64,000 bases of DNA from Candidatus Heimdallarchaeota archaeon (GTDB lineage: Archaea > Asgardarchaeota > Heimdallarchaeia > Hodarchaeales > Hodarchaeaceae), in assembly GCA_011364965.1 (NCBI GenBank), contig RDOB01000003.1, forward strand, positions 128,001 to 192,000, read 5' to 3'. Both the position numbers and the translations under genes were made by a program. How positions within the stretch are numbered: the first letter of the stretch is position 1; each line of letters starts with the position of its first letter. This document shows positions 20,206 through 28,948 of the stretch, piece after piece. The notes under the pieces are model-generated. The model did no database searches and was not told the DNA's origin. It saw only the letters and a list, made by a program, of their open reading frames with translations.

Positions 20206-21843
20206 TTAACTCCTGAAAGATTTTGAAGGTAATAGAGGTCCAAATATTTCCTCTGCATACCCAATCCCTTTCTCAAACGCATTAGGCTGTCCAACCCACT
20301 TTTCAATTTCACTGTGATGAGATTTAGTAAATTTAACAAGAAATTGGTTCAAACTGCTTTGTAACTCAGCTGATGCTTTATTAGCAAAGATAGTGCCAAT
20401 AATATCTCCTTTAGAAGTGCTAATACGTGTTTGTACAATTAAAACATGACCATGACGCACTAAATCTAACGTTGCATGCTGTTCGTCTATTTCTTCAAAA
20501 AAAGTATCTATAGCAGAAAGTGCCCCTGCAACAAGAGCTAAATCTTTCTGCGAGATCTGTTCTTTATGATGGAAATCGTAATCAAATAGCAACATTCCAC
20601 TTCGCGTGACCAAGAGTAGATAGATATCCAAAGGGGGAAATGAATCGTTCATATAAAATAAAGGTAGGAGACTCAAGACTGCAAAGAAGAAAAGAATATA
20701 GCTTATATTACTAGAATCTGCTGTTATAAATGGATTGATGAATAATCCCAGCAATAATCCAGTTCCTATTCCTTGAAGAAGCATGACAAACCCTAGAGCA
20801 TTATAACGGCCAAGTGAATCTAAAGGACTTAAATCACACCATACGGTACTATCAATTGTCGGATGCATTGTAGAAAAGCTCCCACCCAAAATAAAAGCTG
20901 ATAAGTAAAACATGAAAGGATTATTACTTAGAGCTACAATTAATGCTGAAAGGACTATTCCGTAAACCCCGATGATAATCAAATTCTTCCTACCTATATG
21001 GTCAGCAATTAAACCATTAGGAAATACCAATAAAACATCTCCAAAGAAAACAAAAAGCCAAAAGAGCTTATCCTGATTAGCTTGAAATATGGAAAACCAG
21101 GGAGTATCAACTAAGAGGTTAGGAAATTTTATCTGACCTATTTCTGGAATTGTGATAAACGCAAAACCTAGCATCACATAAATAAAATAATGAGAAATTA
21201 AATAAGCTTTTGTAGGTCTTCGACTCAGAATTTTCTGTAACTTAGTTGGAAATTTATCATTAACCCACGGATCAATTGACCGACTGAATACATAAAAAAC
21301 TAAAGCTACAAGAATAGACAATAATCCTGTTAATATCAAAGGAAAATGGAAATCTAAAAAGTTAAATTCGGCAAATAACATAATTGTAATTACTGCAAAC
21401 ATACTCATGAATAATGCTCCTGCGTATAGACGTCCGCGATTATGTGCCTCAGAAAATCCAGAAAAGAATGAAGCTGTAGCTGTTGTACCCACTCCCAGAA
21501 AGAATCCCATGGCTGGAAGAGCAATAAGCAGAATACCGAAATAAATTGTTCCTAGAATTACTAGAAACAGAGAAATTCCAATTGATACCAAGGAGATTAC
21601 GATTAAGGATTTTAAATGTTCGGGATTCTTGTCAATAATCATCCCAGTTCCATATAAAGCACCTGTAGCTACTATAGCTGTAATAAGTAAGATAAAATAG
21701 GCTGGGTTAAAAGGAATGTCTCCAATAATCAATATCGGTGCTGTTTCAAGAAGATCAAGAGAGTAAACTAGCAAGAATATGGCTGTAATTAGCCACATCA
21801 TACTAATCGGGATCATTATTGTAAGAGATCTTAAAAATTTCAC
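20206..21843 (-). CDS. MFS transporter fused to a C-terminal longin-like domain (paralog B)
   Basis: About 12 TMs, GLIADHIGRK; C-terminus LLLVTRSGMLLFDYDF...LVAGALSAIDTFFEE...FLVKF...WVG...F. Confidence 0.8.
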   Translation of the reverse strand: MKFLRSLTIMIPISMMWLITAIFLLVYSLDLLETAPILIIGDIPFNPAYFILLITAIVATGALYGTGMIIDKNPEHLKSLIVISLVSIGISLFLVILGTIYFGILLIALPAMGFFLGVGTTATASFFSGFSEAHNRGRLYAGALFMSMFAVITIMLFAEFNFLDFHFPLILTGLLSILVALVFYVFSRSIDPWVNDKFPTKLQKILSRRPTKAYLISHYFIYVMLGFAFITIPEIGQIKFPNLLVDTPWFSIFQANQDKLFWLFVFFGDVLLVFPNGLIADHIGRKNLIIIGVYGIVLSALIVALSNNPFMFYLSAFILGGSFSTMHPTIDSTVWCDLSPLDSLGRYNALGFVMLLQGIGTGLLLGLFINPFITADSSNISYILFFFAVLSLLPLFYMNDSFPPLDIYLLLVTRSGMLLFDYDFHHKEQISQKDLALVAGALSAIDTFFEEIDEQHATLDLVRHGHVLIVQTRISTSKGDIIGTIFANKASAELQSSLNQFLVKFTKSHHSEIEKWVGQPNAFEKGIGYAEEIFGPLLPSKSFRS

Positions 21844-21952
21844 GGATAAGATGCCTCAGGATTGCAGTTTGATTGAGGAAAAAAAGTCCAAAACTCTAAT
21901 TAAAAAATGCTTCTGTTAAATTAATTAATAGGATTCTTCCCAGAAACGGAAA

Positions 21953-23002
21953 ATGGTTAAAATGAACGATTTGGAATTATATAATTTAGTAAAAGAGCTT
22001 GCAGAAATACCAGGGCCGGTGGGTAGGGAATCTGAGGTTCAAAAATATCTTTCAATGGAATGGGAACAGAACGGGTTTGAGACCTCATATGATAAGGTTG
22101 GTAATTTATATGGAAAATCTTTTGGTTCTGGGAAACGTTGGGCTATCGTATCTCACGCGGATTCGATCGGATTTATTGTCCAGAAAATATTAAGAAATGG
22201 TTTCATTAAAGTTGCATTTAATACTGCGGCAACAAATCCGGATGCAAGATTTTTAGCGGGAACTCCAGTTAGATTTCTTACAAATGATAACAAAATGGTC
22301 ATTGGATATTTTGGATTAAGAAGTGGGCACTTAGCAGGAGTTGAAGGCAAGAGGAAACCTATTTTATTTGAGGATATGTTTATAGATGTTGGAGTAGATT
22401 CAAAAGAGGAAGTAAATTCTCTTGGTATCGATATAGGATCAGCTGCGGTATTTTATTCTCCTGTTTTCAAATCTCAAAGTAATATTGTTGGACCTTCAAT
22501 GGACAATCGGATAGGAGGTGCTATTCAATGTTTACTAGCAAAGGAAATTAATGCGCAAAATACCTCTTTGAACCTCCATTTAATTTCAACTGTTCAAGAG
22601 GAGATTGGTATGAAAGGTGCTGCAGCCGTGGCAAGAAATTATGAATACGATGGAGTAATTGTGCTTGATATAGGACTAACTGGGGATATACCAACTTCTA
22701 ATAAAGATAATCTTGACACTCGGCTAAAAGGGGGGCCAATAATTGTATATAAGGACTTCTCTATTCATTATTCAGTTGAAATTATACAGGAAATTGAGGA
22801 GTTAGCAAAGACAAATAATATCCCTTTTCAAAGAGCAGTATTTAAAAACTTCAATACTGATGGAGTTCACTTCTTCATGAATGGTTATCCTACAGTAATG
22901 CTTGCTATTCCCTGTCGATATACACATACTAATTTCGAAACTATAAGATTTATAGATGTGAAAAACACGTTGAGTTTATTAAAACTTATTATTACAGTTT
23001 AA
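21953..23002 (+). CDS. M42 (TET-like) aminopeptidase
   Basis: GPVGRE, SHADSIG, MDNRIG, QEEIG.KGA, RYTHT. Confidence 0.9.
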   Translation: MVKMNDLELYNLVKELAEIPGPVGRESEVQKYLSMEWEQNGFETSYDKVGNLYGKSFGSGKRWAIVSHADSIGFIVQKILRNGFIKVAFNTAATNPDARFLAGTPVRFLTNDNKMVIGYFGLRSGHLAGVEGKRKPILFEDMFIDVGVDSKEEVNSLGIDIGSAAVFYSPVFKSQSNIVGPSMDNRIGGAIQCLLAKEINAQNTSLNLHLISTVQEEIGMKGAAAVARNYEYDGVIVLDIGLTGDIPTSNKDNLDTRLKGGPIIVYKDFSIHYSVEIIQEIEELAKTNNIPFQRAVFKNFNTDGVHFFMNGYPTVMLAIPCRYTHTNFETIRFIDVKNTLSLLKLIITV

Positions 23003-23045
23003 GCTTGCTTATTATAATTTAGAATACTTTTTAGCGTGAAAACTA

Positions 23046-24731
23046 ATGTTTATAACACCAGTTACAATGATAAAAATGGGAGGAAGCTTGATTACTTATA
23101 AAAATGATGAACAACGCATTCAGAAATATTTAAAGGAAATAGACCAGTTCCTGTCAGGAAAAGGATCTATTGATAATCTCTATACGACTATATGTGAACT
23201 CATGAATTTTGAAGTACTCAATAAGATCTTTGAGATCCTAAAAAGGTATATAACGGCCAATCCTGATAGAAAAATAATTTTAATACATGGTGCAGGGTCA
23301 ATTGGCCATTCGTTGGTCTTTTATCTAACTAAAGAGAAAAAAAATCTCGAATGCACTTTTCCAATTATAAAATTAGCTGTTGCAATTCAAAATCAAATAA
23401 TTATTAGTTCTGCAATTAAAATGGGATTGAACACGATTTCAATGCCGTCTCATAATGTAATGATAGGAGGATTTTCATCGTCGATCTCTTCAACTTATGT
23501 TAATAGCCCAGATTTATCCGTTTTGGAAGAAATATTATGTAATTCTAATGCGATTCCAGTTTTTTATGGTGATGTTGGATTTTCAAAACGTGGATGGAAA
23601 GTACTTTCTGGAGATATATACTCAAGTTTGCTTATTAGACGATTTAAAGGATTAAGAATTACCAAAGCCATATTTCTCACTAGAGTTGAGGAGAAAACAA
23701 CTGGAATCTATACTGAAGATCCAGTGAACAATACCGCGGAATTTATTTCACGAATAGAAGTTGAACAAACTTCAGTAAAGTGCTATAATGAACATAATAG
23801 ACTTGTCCAATTTAAGAATTATGAGAAAAAAGATGGAAAATTTGATGTTACGGGAGCTATGCAGGGGAAACTTGAAAATTTAATCGATTTGGCAAATAAT
23901 TTTACTAAATCATGGGTTATTGGAATAGATGAATTCTATGAAGCCTTAGAAGGCAAATCTGTTGGAACACGAATTTATAAGACCATTAAGGAAAATATAT
24001 TAATAAAGTTTCTTGGAACGGGAGATGCATTTAATTCAGAAGGATTTAAGAGTGCCTCAACACTTATAGAAACAGAAGGAAGGTATATTCTTCTGGATTG
24101 TGGTCCTCATACTTTATCTGCAATGAAAAAAGCATTTCTTCCAACGAATAACATAGATCTAATCTTAATAACGCATTTTCATGGAGATCATACAGCTGGA
24201 GTTCCTTTTATTCTTCTTGAATCTATGATTCTCAGCAAAAGAAATCATCCTTTAACTATTTGTGGTCCACCTGGCGTTCAAAATGTTATAAAAGCACTAT
24301 ATGAGGCATTATATTCTGAATTATCAACAAAACCACATTCATTTGACATAATATTCTTAGAAATTACTCCTGGTAAGCCAGTTTTCTTTCCCAACCTCAA
24401 GATTCAAGCTATTAAAATGCTTCACACCCCAGAAGCTCTGGGATACATACTGGAGGGAAAGAATATGAAATTAGCTTATTCTGGTGATACAGGGTGGACT
24501 GAATCCTTACTAGAATTGGTTGAGGGTACTGATCTTGCCATAATTGAGTGTAATTTCATTGACCAAGAACATGAATATCATTTAAATTTCCATCAAGTGA
24601 AAAAATTGGCCAAACTCACAAAACGACTTTTCCTTACACACATGGGAGAGGGGGTACGCGATGATCTTGAAGAGTACTTAGTAAATACAAATATCTTCAT
24701 TGCCCACGAAGGAAATATAGAAAGATTTTAA
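23046..24731 (+). CDS. Isopentenyl phosphate kinase fused to an MBL-fold (RNase Z-like) hydrolase
   Basis: N-half KMGGSLIT, HGAGSIGH, GDV, SGD, DVTGAMQGK; C-half LGTGDAF, LDCG, THFHGDH, YSGDT, H motifs. Confidence 0.8.
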   Translation: MFITPVTMIKMGGSLITYKNDEQRIQKYLKEIDQFLSGKGSIDNLYTTICELMNFEVLNKIFEILKRYITANPDRKIILIHGAGSIGHSLVFYLTKEKKNLECTFPIIKLAVAIQNQIIISSAIKMGLNTISMPSHNVMIGGFSSSISSTYVNSPDLSVLEEILCNSNAIPVFYGDVGFSKRGWKVLSGDIYSSLLIRRFKGLRITKAIFLTRVEEKTTGIYTEDPVNNTAEFISRIEVEQTSVKCYNEHNRLVQFKNYEKKDGKFDVTGAMQGKLENLIDLANNFTKSWVIGIDEFYEALEGKSVGTRIYKTIKENILIKFLGTGDAFNSEGFKSASTLIETEGRYILLDCGPHTLSAMKKAFLPTNNIDLILITHFHGDHTAGVPFILLESMILSKRNHPLTICGPPGVQNVIKALYEALYSELSTKPHSFDIIFLEITPGKPVFFPNLKIQAIKMLHTPEALGYILEGKNMKLAYSGDTGWTESLLELVEGTDLAIIECNFIDQEHEYHLNFHQVKKLAKLTKRLFLTHMGEGVRDDLEEYLVNTNIFIAHEGNIERF

Positions 24732-24760
24732 GCTTAAAAAGAAATGCAAATGATATGAAT

Positions 24761-25009
24761 TCAGGTATTATCTGATTTAGGAGTTAGAAACCAGACGATA
24801 TTCTTCCTCTCGCCATCTTTTCCTGCAACAACTTTGTAACTCACTTTACCCTCCATCCTCATTTGTGTCAGAGCCATAGGTATCCGATCAGCACAATCTT
24901 GATTATAGATTTTCACTTCGTTCATTATTTCTTCGGTTGTTCCTTCATTCATATCAGCAAGAATGGTTAAAATCCACTTTTCAGTACCTCTGTACTCTTC
25001 GGTAACCAA
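24761..25009 (-). CDS. Small winged-helix protein
   Basis: ILTILA...GTTEEI...ALTQMRMEGKV...W pattern; GGTGA SD with TTG start. Confidence 0.6.
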   Translation of the reverse strand: MVTEEYRGTEKWILTILADMNEGTTEEIMNEVKIYNQDCADRIPMALTQMRMEGKVSYKVVAGKDGERKNIVWFLTPKSDNT

Positions 25010-25286
25010 CTAATAATCACCGTTAAATGTTATCTAAACTTTCTACTCACTTCTATTAAATATACCCATTTGATTTGATATTTATTACATCGAAGTTAAT
25101 TGAAAACCAGAGTATCAATTAGAAATGAATAAATTCTATTGGAATTATCACCAAACTAATGAATATTGAATAAGCATGTTGTTGCTGAATTTTTTGTTGA
25201 TCATAATCCCAATCTAAAAATCCTATTATTAACAAAAGTTATTATAGAACCCAGATCAAAAAATATTATCAACTGGAGATAGAAGC

Positions 25287-25841
25287 GTGTCCAAAGAAAT
25301 TAAACATATATTGAAATTATTACTCCTTGGGGATGGAGCAGTAGGTAAAACATCCCTAATATTGCGCTATATTGAAAATAAATTTAAAGAAGAATATTCC
25401 ATGTCTCTGGGAGTTGATTTCTTAACAAAAACCGTTAAATTTATTGATGAAAATAACACACAAAGAACTGTTTCCCTGCAAATCTGGGATATCGCAGGCC
25501 AGGCACGTCACGTTTCTTACTCGCATCTCTATTTAAAAGGGGCTCAAGGTGCATTTTATGTGTTCGACTTAACCCGTAAAGAAACATTAATGCAAATTCA
25601 ATCAAGATGGCAATCTCAAGTAGCAAAAGTTTCTCCTCAATGCCTTTCAATTCTGATTGGTAACAAAGCAGATTTAAAGAAGGAACGGGATATTACTAAA
25701 TCTGAAGTAAATCAAATAAAACAATCCATGTATGCAATCGATTTTATTGAAACCTCTGCAAAAACTGGACTAAATGTTGATCAGGCGTTTTCAACGATGG
25801 CAGCTGCTATCTTAAATCTCAAAATAAAAAAATACCTTTGA
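25287..25841 (+). CDS. Rab-like small GTPase
   Basis: G1 GDGAVGKT, SLGVDF, G3 WDIAGQ, G4 GNKAD, G5 ETSAK; no C-terminal Cys. Confidence 0.95.
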   Translation: MSKEIKHILKLLLLGDGAVGKTSLILRYIENKFKEEYSMSLGVDFLTKTVKFIDENNTQRTVSLQIWDIAGQARHVSYSHLYLKGAQGAFYVFDLTRKETLMQIQSRWQSQVAKVSPQCLSILIGNKADLKKERDITKSEVNQIKQSMYAIDFIETSAKTGLNVDQAFSTMAAAILNLKIKKYL

Positions 25842-25850
25842 GGGCTTTGT

Positions 25851-26621
25851 TTGTCACTACAAGACTTTAAAACCATTAAAGCGTTTTTTGTTTTCCAAAA
25901 AGAGAGCGGGAATACTTTATTTACACGCTCATATGAAAAAGAAGATTCTCAGACTCCAGATCCACATCTAGTTGTTGCTTTTTTGACTGCGATGTTCTCA
26001 TTCGCAAAATCTTCATCATTAAGTGATCTAAGAGTCGTAGATATGACTGACCTTCGTTTTTCCTTTATTGAACGTGAGGGTTTAGTCTTTTCAATTCTAG
26101 CATCTGCCTTAGTTAGTCCAATGGATTTACAGTTTAAACTTACTACAATTGCCAGTTTATTCCTAGCAGAATATGGAGATAAAATTAAAAAAATACAGCT
26201 AATAGATACAGAAATTTTCGAACCTTTTTCAGCTCAAGTTGACGAAATCTTTAAAGGCGAAACGAGAGAAATGCTAACCTCCTCAAAAAACGCTGCACTG
26301 TTCTATTTAAAGAAATTAATGCAACAAAACGATATTGGGGTAAGAGGGTGCATGATTGTTTCATTTACAGGTGATATTTTAATCGAACATAATATGGATC
26401 AAAAAAGAATGGCAGGAGCAATTCGATTATTGAATGTAAGCACATATATGAGAAATTTACGATATATGGTTGTTTCTTCTGAAGCTACTAATCTTGTTGC
26501 ATATAAGATTAGCGAAGGGCTATTATTATATGTTGATGGCGATCCCTCAACAGGTTTGGAGAATCTAGTTGTAAGAGTAGCAGAAACTGTCAACCAGATT
26601 AAAGAAATTATCCCACATTGA
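25851..26621 (+). CDS. Longin + roadblock/LC7 fusion protein
   Basis: N-half FVFQKESGNTLF...LVVAFLTAMFSFA...F...Y (longin-like); C-half GVRGCMIVSFTGDIL...LVAYKISEGLLLYV (roadblock-like); 9 bp after the GTPase. Confidence 0.7.
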   Translation: MSLQDFKTIKAFFVFQKESGNTLFTRSYEKEDSQTPDPHLVVAFLTAMFSFAKSSSLSDLRVVDMTDLRFSFIEREGLVFSILASALVSPMDLQFKLTTIASLFLAEYGDKIKKIQLIDTEIFEPFSAQVDEIFKGETREMLTSSKNAALFYLKKLMQQNDIGVRGCMIVSFTGDILIEHNMDQKRMAGAIRLLNVSTYMRNLRYMVVSSEATNLVAYKISEGLLLYVDGDPSTGLENLVVRVAETVNQIKEIIPH

Positions 26622-26652
26622 AATCATGATGATTTGGATAGGATAGAATAGT

Positions 26653-27111
26653 TTGTTTTCACTAGAAATAGCAGAATTAAAGGATATTCCCGAAATTTCA
26701 GATATTATCATTAAAGCATACGAACCTATTGGAAAACTGCTTTCTCGTCCCCCAGGAGCCTTAAATAATTTAGACAAAAAGTTAACTGATTCAGTTTCCG
26801 AGAATGGATTATATAAAATTCTAATGGATGCATCCAAAATTATAGGTACGTTATCTATTAGTTACATTAACGCAAATACCATTAAACTATTTCATTTTGC
26901 AATAACACCTAGTAAACAAAATCTGGGAGTTGGTTCATGGGCGATTTATGAGTTATTAAATCATTTGGAACCTAGTGTGAGAAAGGTCGTTCTTGAAGTA
27001 TATGCTAAAACCCCAAAAGCAAGAAGATTTTATGAAAAACACGGTTTCTCCATATATGGATCAAAAAAAATCAAAAATGAATTAATATACAAATTAAGTT
27101 ATGTAGTTTAA
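26653..27111 (+). CDS. GNAT acetyltransferase
   Basis: AITPSKQNLGVG, ARRFYEKHGF. Confidence 0.85.
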   Translation: MFSLEIAELKDIPEISDIIIKAYEPIGKLLSRPPGALNNLDKKLTDSVSENGLYKILMDASKIIGTLSISYINANTIKLFHFAITPSKQNLGVGSWAIYELLNHLEPSVRKVVLEVYAKTPKARRFYEKHGFSIYGSKKIKNELIYKLSYVV

Positions 27112-27213
27112 ATATATGAATTCCTCATGAAAATATTATTTAAATTCAGAATTACTATTGCGTTATTGAAAGCTTTCATTATTTTGGAATCAATCTTGAA
27201 TTGAGGGTTCTTA

Positions 27214-27687
27214 ATGAAATATGCTGATTTGATAACTAAACCTCCGTTTAATATATTTCCATATAAAAATGCTCCTTCTATAATTGATAAATTAGAATAT
27301 CTTGGGGAAGAATCGTCTCCGTATGAAATTTCTCCTGGAACAGATTTGTGTATCAGTGATACATATTATTCATTAGGTTTTCTTACATATTTACACGCTT
27401 TTGGGAGAGTTGTAAAAAAGGATGATAAATGGTTACTTGACCCTCAAGGGAAGTCATTACCTGATAAACCTTATAGATTTACTTTAATATCTGATGCAGT
27501 AGAAATTTTAAACGTATTGCAAAATGGGCCATTAACAATAGAAGAGATTGCTGAAGCTGTAGAAAATATCTCAGAGGAGAAAATTGAGATTTATTTGAAT
27601 ATCCTCAACTTATTATCTCAAAAGGGAAGAGTTAATCAAGTTTCTAAAGGGTGGGACGCTACATTTCAGTTAATTGAGTGGGATTAA
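27214..27687 (+). CDS. Hypothetical protein with winged-helix-like domain(s)
   Basis: ILNVLQNGPLTIEEIAE...YLNIL...GRV. Confidence 0.55.
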   Translation: MKYADLITKPPFNIFPYKNAPSIIDKLEYLGEESSPYEISPGTDLCISDTYYSLGFLTYLHAFGRVVKKDDKWLLDPQGKSLPDKPYRFTLISDAVEILNVLQNGPLTIEEIAEAVENISEEKIEIYLNILNLLSQKGRVNQVSKGWDATFQLIEWD

Positions 27688-27789
27688 TTCCCACTAATTT
27701 TATTCCAATCTGAGGAATTATAATGTATATTTTTAGACTTGGGATAAATTATACCTCTTAACGAATTAATAGATAAACAGTGAATTTAG

Positions 27790-28857
27790 ATGGAAATAAT
27801 AGAGCAAGAAGTAATTAAAGAAACGCAAAGAGAATTATCAGAACTAATTGGAGTATCTGGACGGGAATCGAAGATAGTTGAATATATTCAAGAGAAAATC
27901 AGAAATTTCGTAGATGAAATGTATATCGATCCATTGGGATCTTTGATAGCTATTCAAAAGGGAACTGAAGAGAAAAATCGGATTATGTTTGACGCCCATA
28001 TTGATGAAATAGGATTAATGATAAATCATATTGAAGAAAATGGATTTCTTCGATTTTGTTTAATAGGAGGATGGGATACGCGAATTTTACTAGGAGCATC
28101 AGTCAAAATAGTTTCAGAAACAGGTGAAATCCTCCCAGGGATAATTGGTTCTACACCTCCACATTTATTATCAGAAAAAGAAAGGAATACTTTGGTTGAA
28201 GTAGACCAAATGTTCATTGATGTGGGTTTAAATAGCAAAAAGGAAATAGAAGAGAAGGGTATACAATTAGGTTCAGTAGGAACACTATATAACCCTTTTG
28301 TAGAGTTTCCTGGTGATTTGATTAGAGGAAAAGCATTTGACGATAGAACTGGCGTAAATATCCTTATTCAGATTATTAAAAAGTTCTCTGCTATTAAAAT
28401 TAGTGATACTCTCCTTTTTAGTTTTACTAGTCAAGAAGAAATTGGAGGAAGAGGAGCCGCTACTGCTGCATATTCATTAAATCCAACAATGGCAATTGCA
28501 ATTGAAAATACGACAGCAGGGGATGTTCCAGGGATTAAAGCTTCCCAATGCCCTGCATATATAGGAAAAGGTCCCGCAATTTCTGTAGCTGACCGATCAT
28601 TAATAGCCAATCAAGGAATTAATGACCGCTTGAAACAAAATGCAGAATTTGAAAATATACCATACCAAATAAAAAAGCCAATCTTTGGTGGAACTAATGC
28701 AGGAAGAATTCATCAGACTCGTGGTGGAATTCCCTCTTCTGTTGTGTCTGTTCCATGCCGCTACATACATTCTTCAACTTCCCTACTCTCCTTAACAGAT
28801 ATTCATAATACTATAAGACTTATTTCAGCTTTTATTCTGAATCCAGCTAAAGTTTAA
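27790..28857 (+). CDS. M42 (TET-like) aminopeptidase
   Basis: GVSGRE, AHIDEIG, KAFDDRTG, QEEIG, GGTNAG, RYIHS. Confidence 0.93.
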   Translation: MEIIEQEVIKETQRELSELIGVSGRESKIVEYIQEKIRNFVDEMYIDPLGSLIAIQKGTEEKNRIMFDAHIDEIGLMINHIEENGFLRFCLIGGWDTRILLGASVKIVSETGEILPGIIGSTPPHLLSEKERNTLVEVDQMFIDVGLNSKKEIEEKGIQLGSVGTLYNPFVEFPGDLIRGKAFDDRTGVNILIQIIKKFSAIKISDTLLFSFTSQEEIGGRGAATAAYSLNPTMAIAIENTTAGDVPGIKASQCPAYIGKGPAISVADRSLIANQGINDRLKQNAEFENIPYQIKKPIFGGTNAGRIHQTRGGIPSSVVSVPCRYIHSSTSLLSLTDIHNTIRLISAFILNPAKV

Positions 28858-28948
28858 GCCCTGAAAAATAAATTTGAGGAAAAGACATAATAATAAAACC
28901 TTTTAGAGGAAATAGTCTAGATTCCTTATCCTATAAGGTGAGGTTAAA

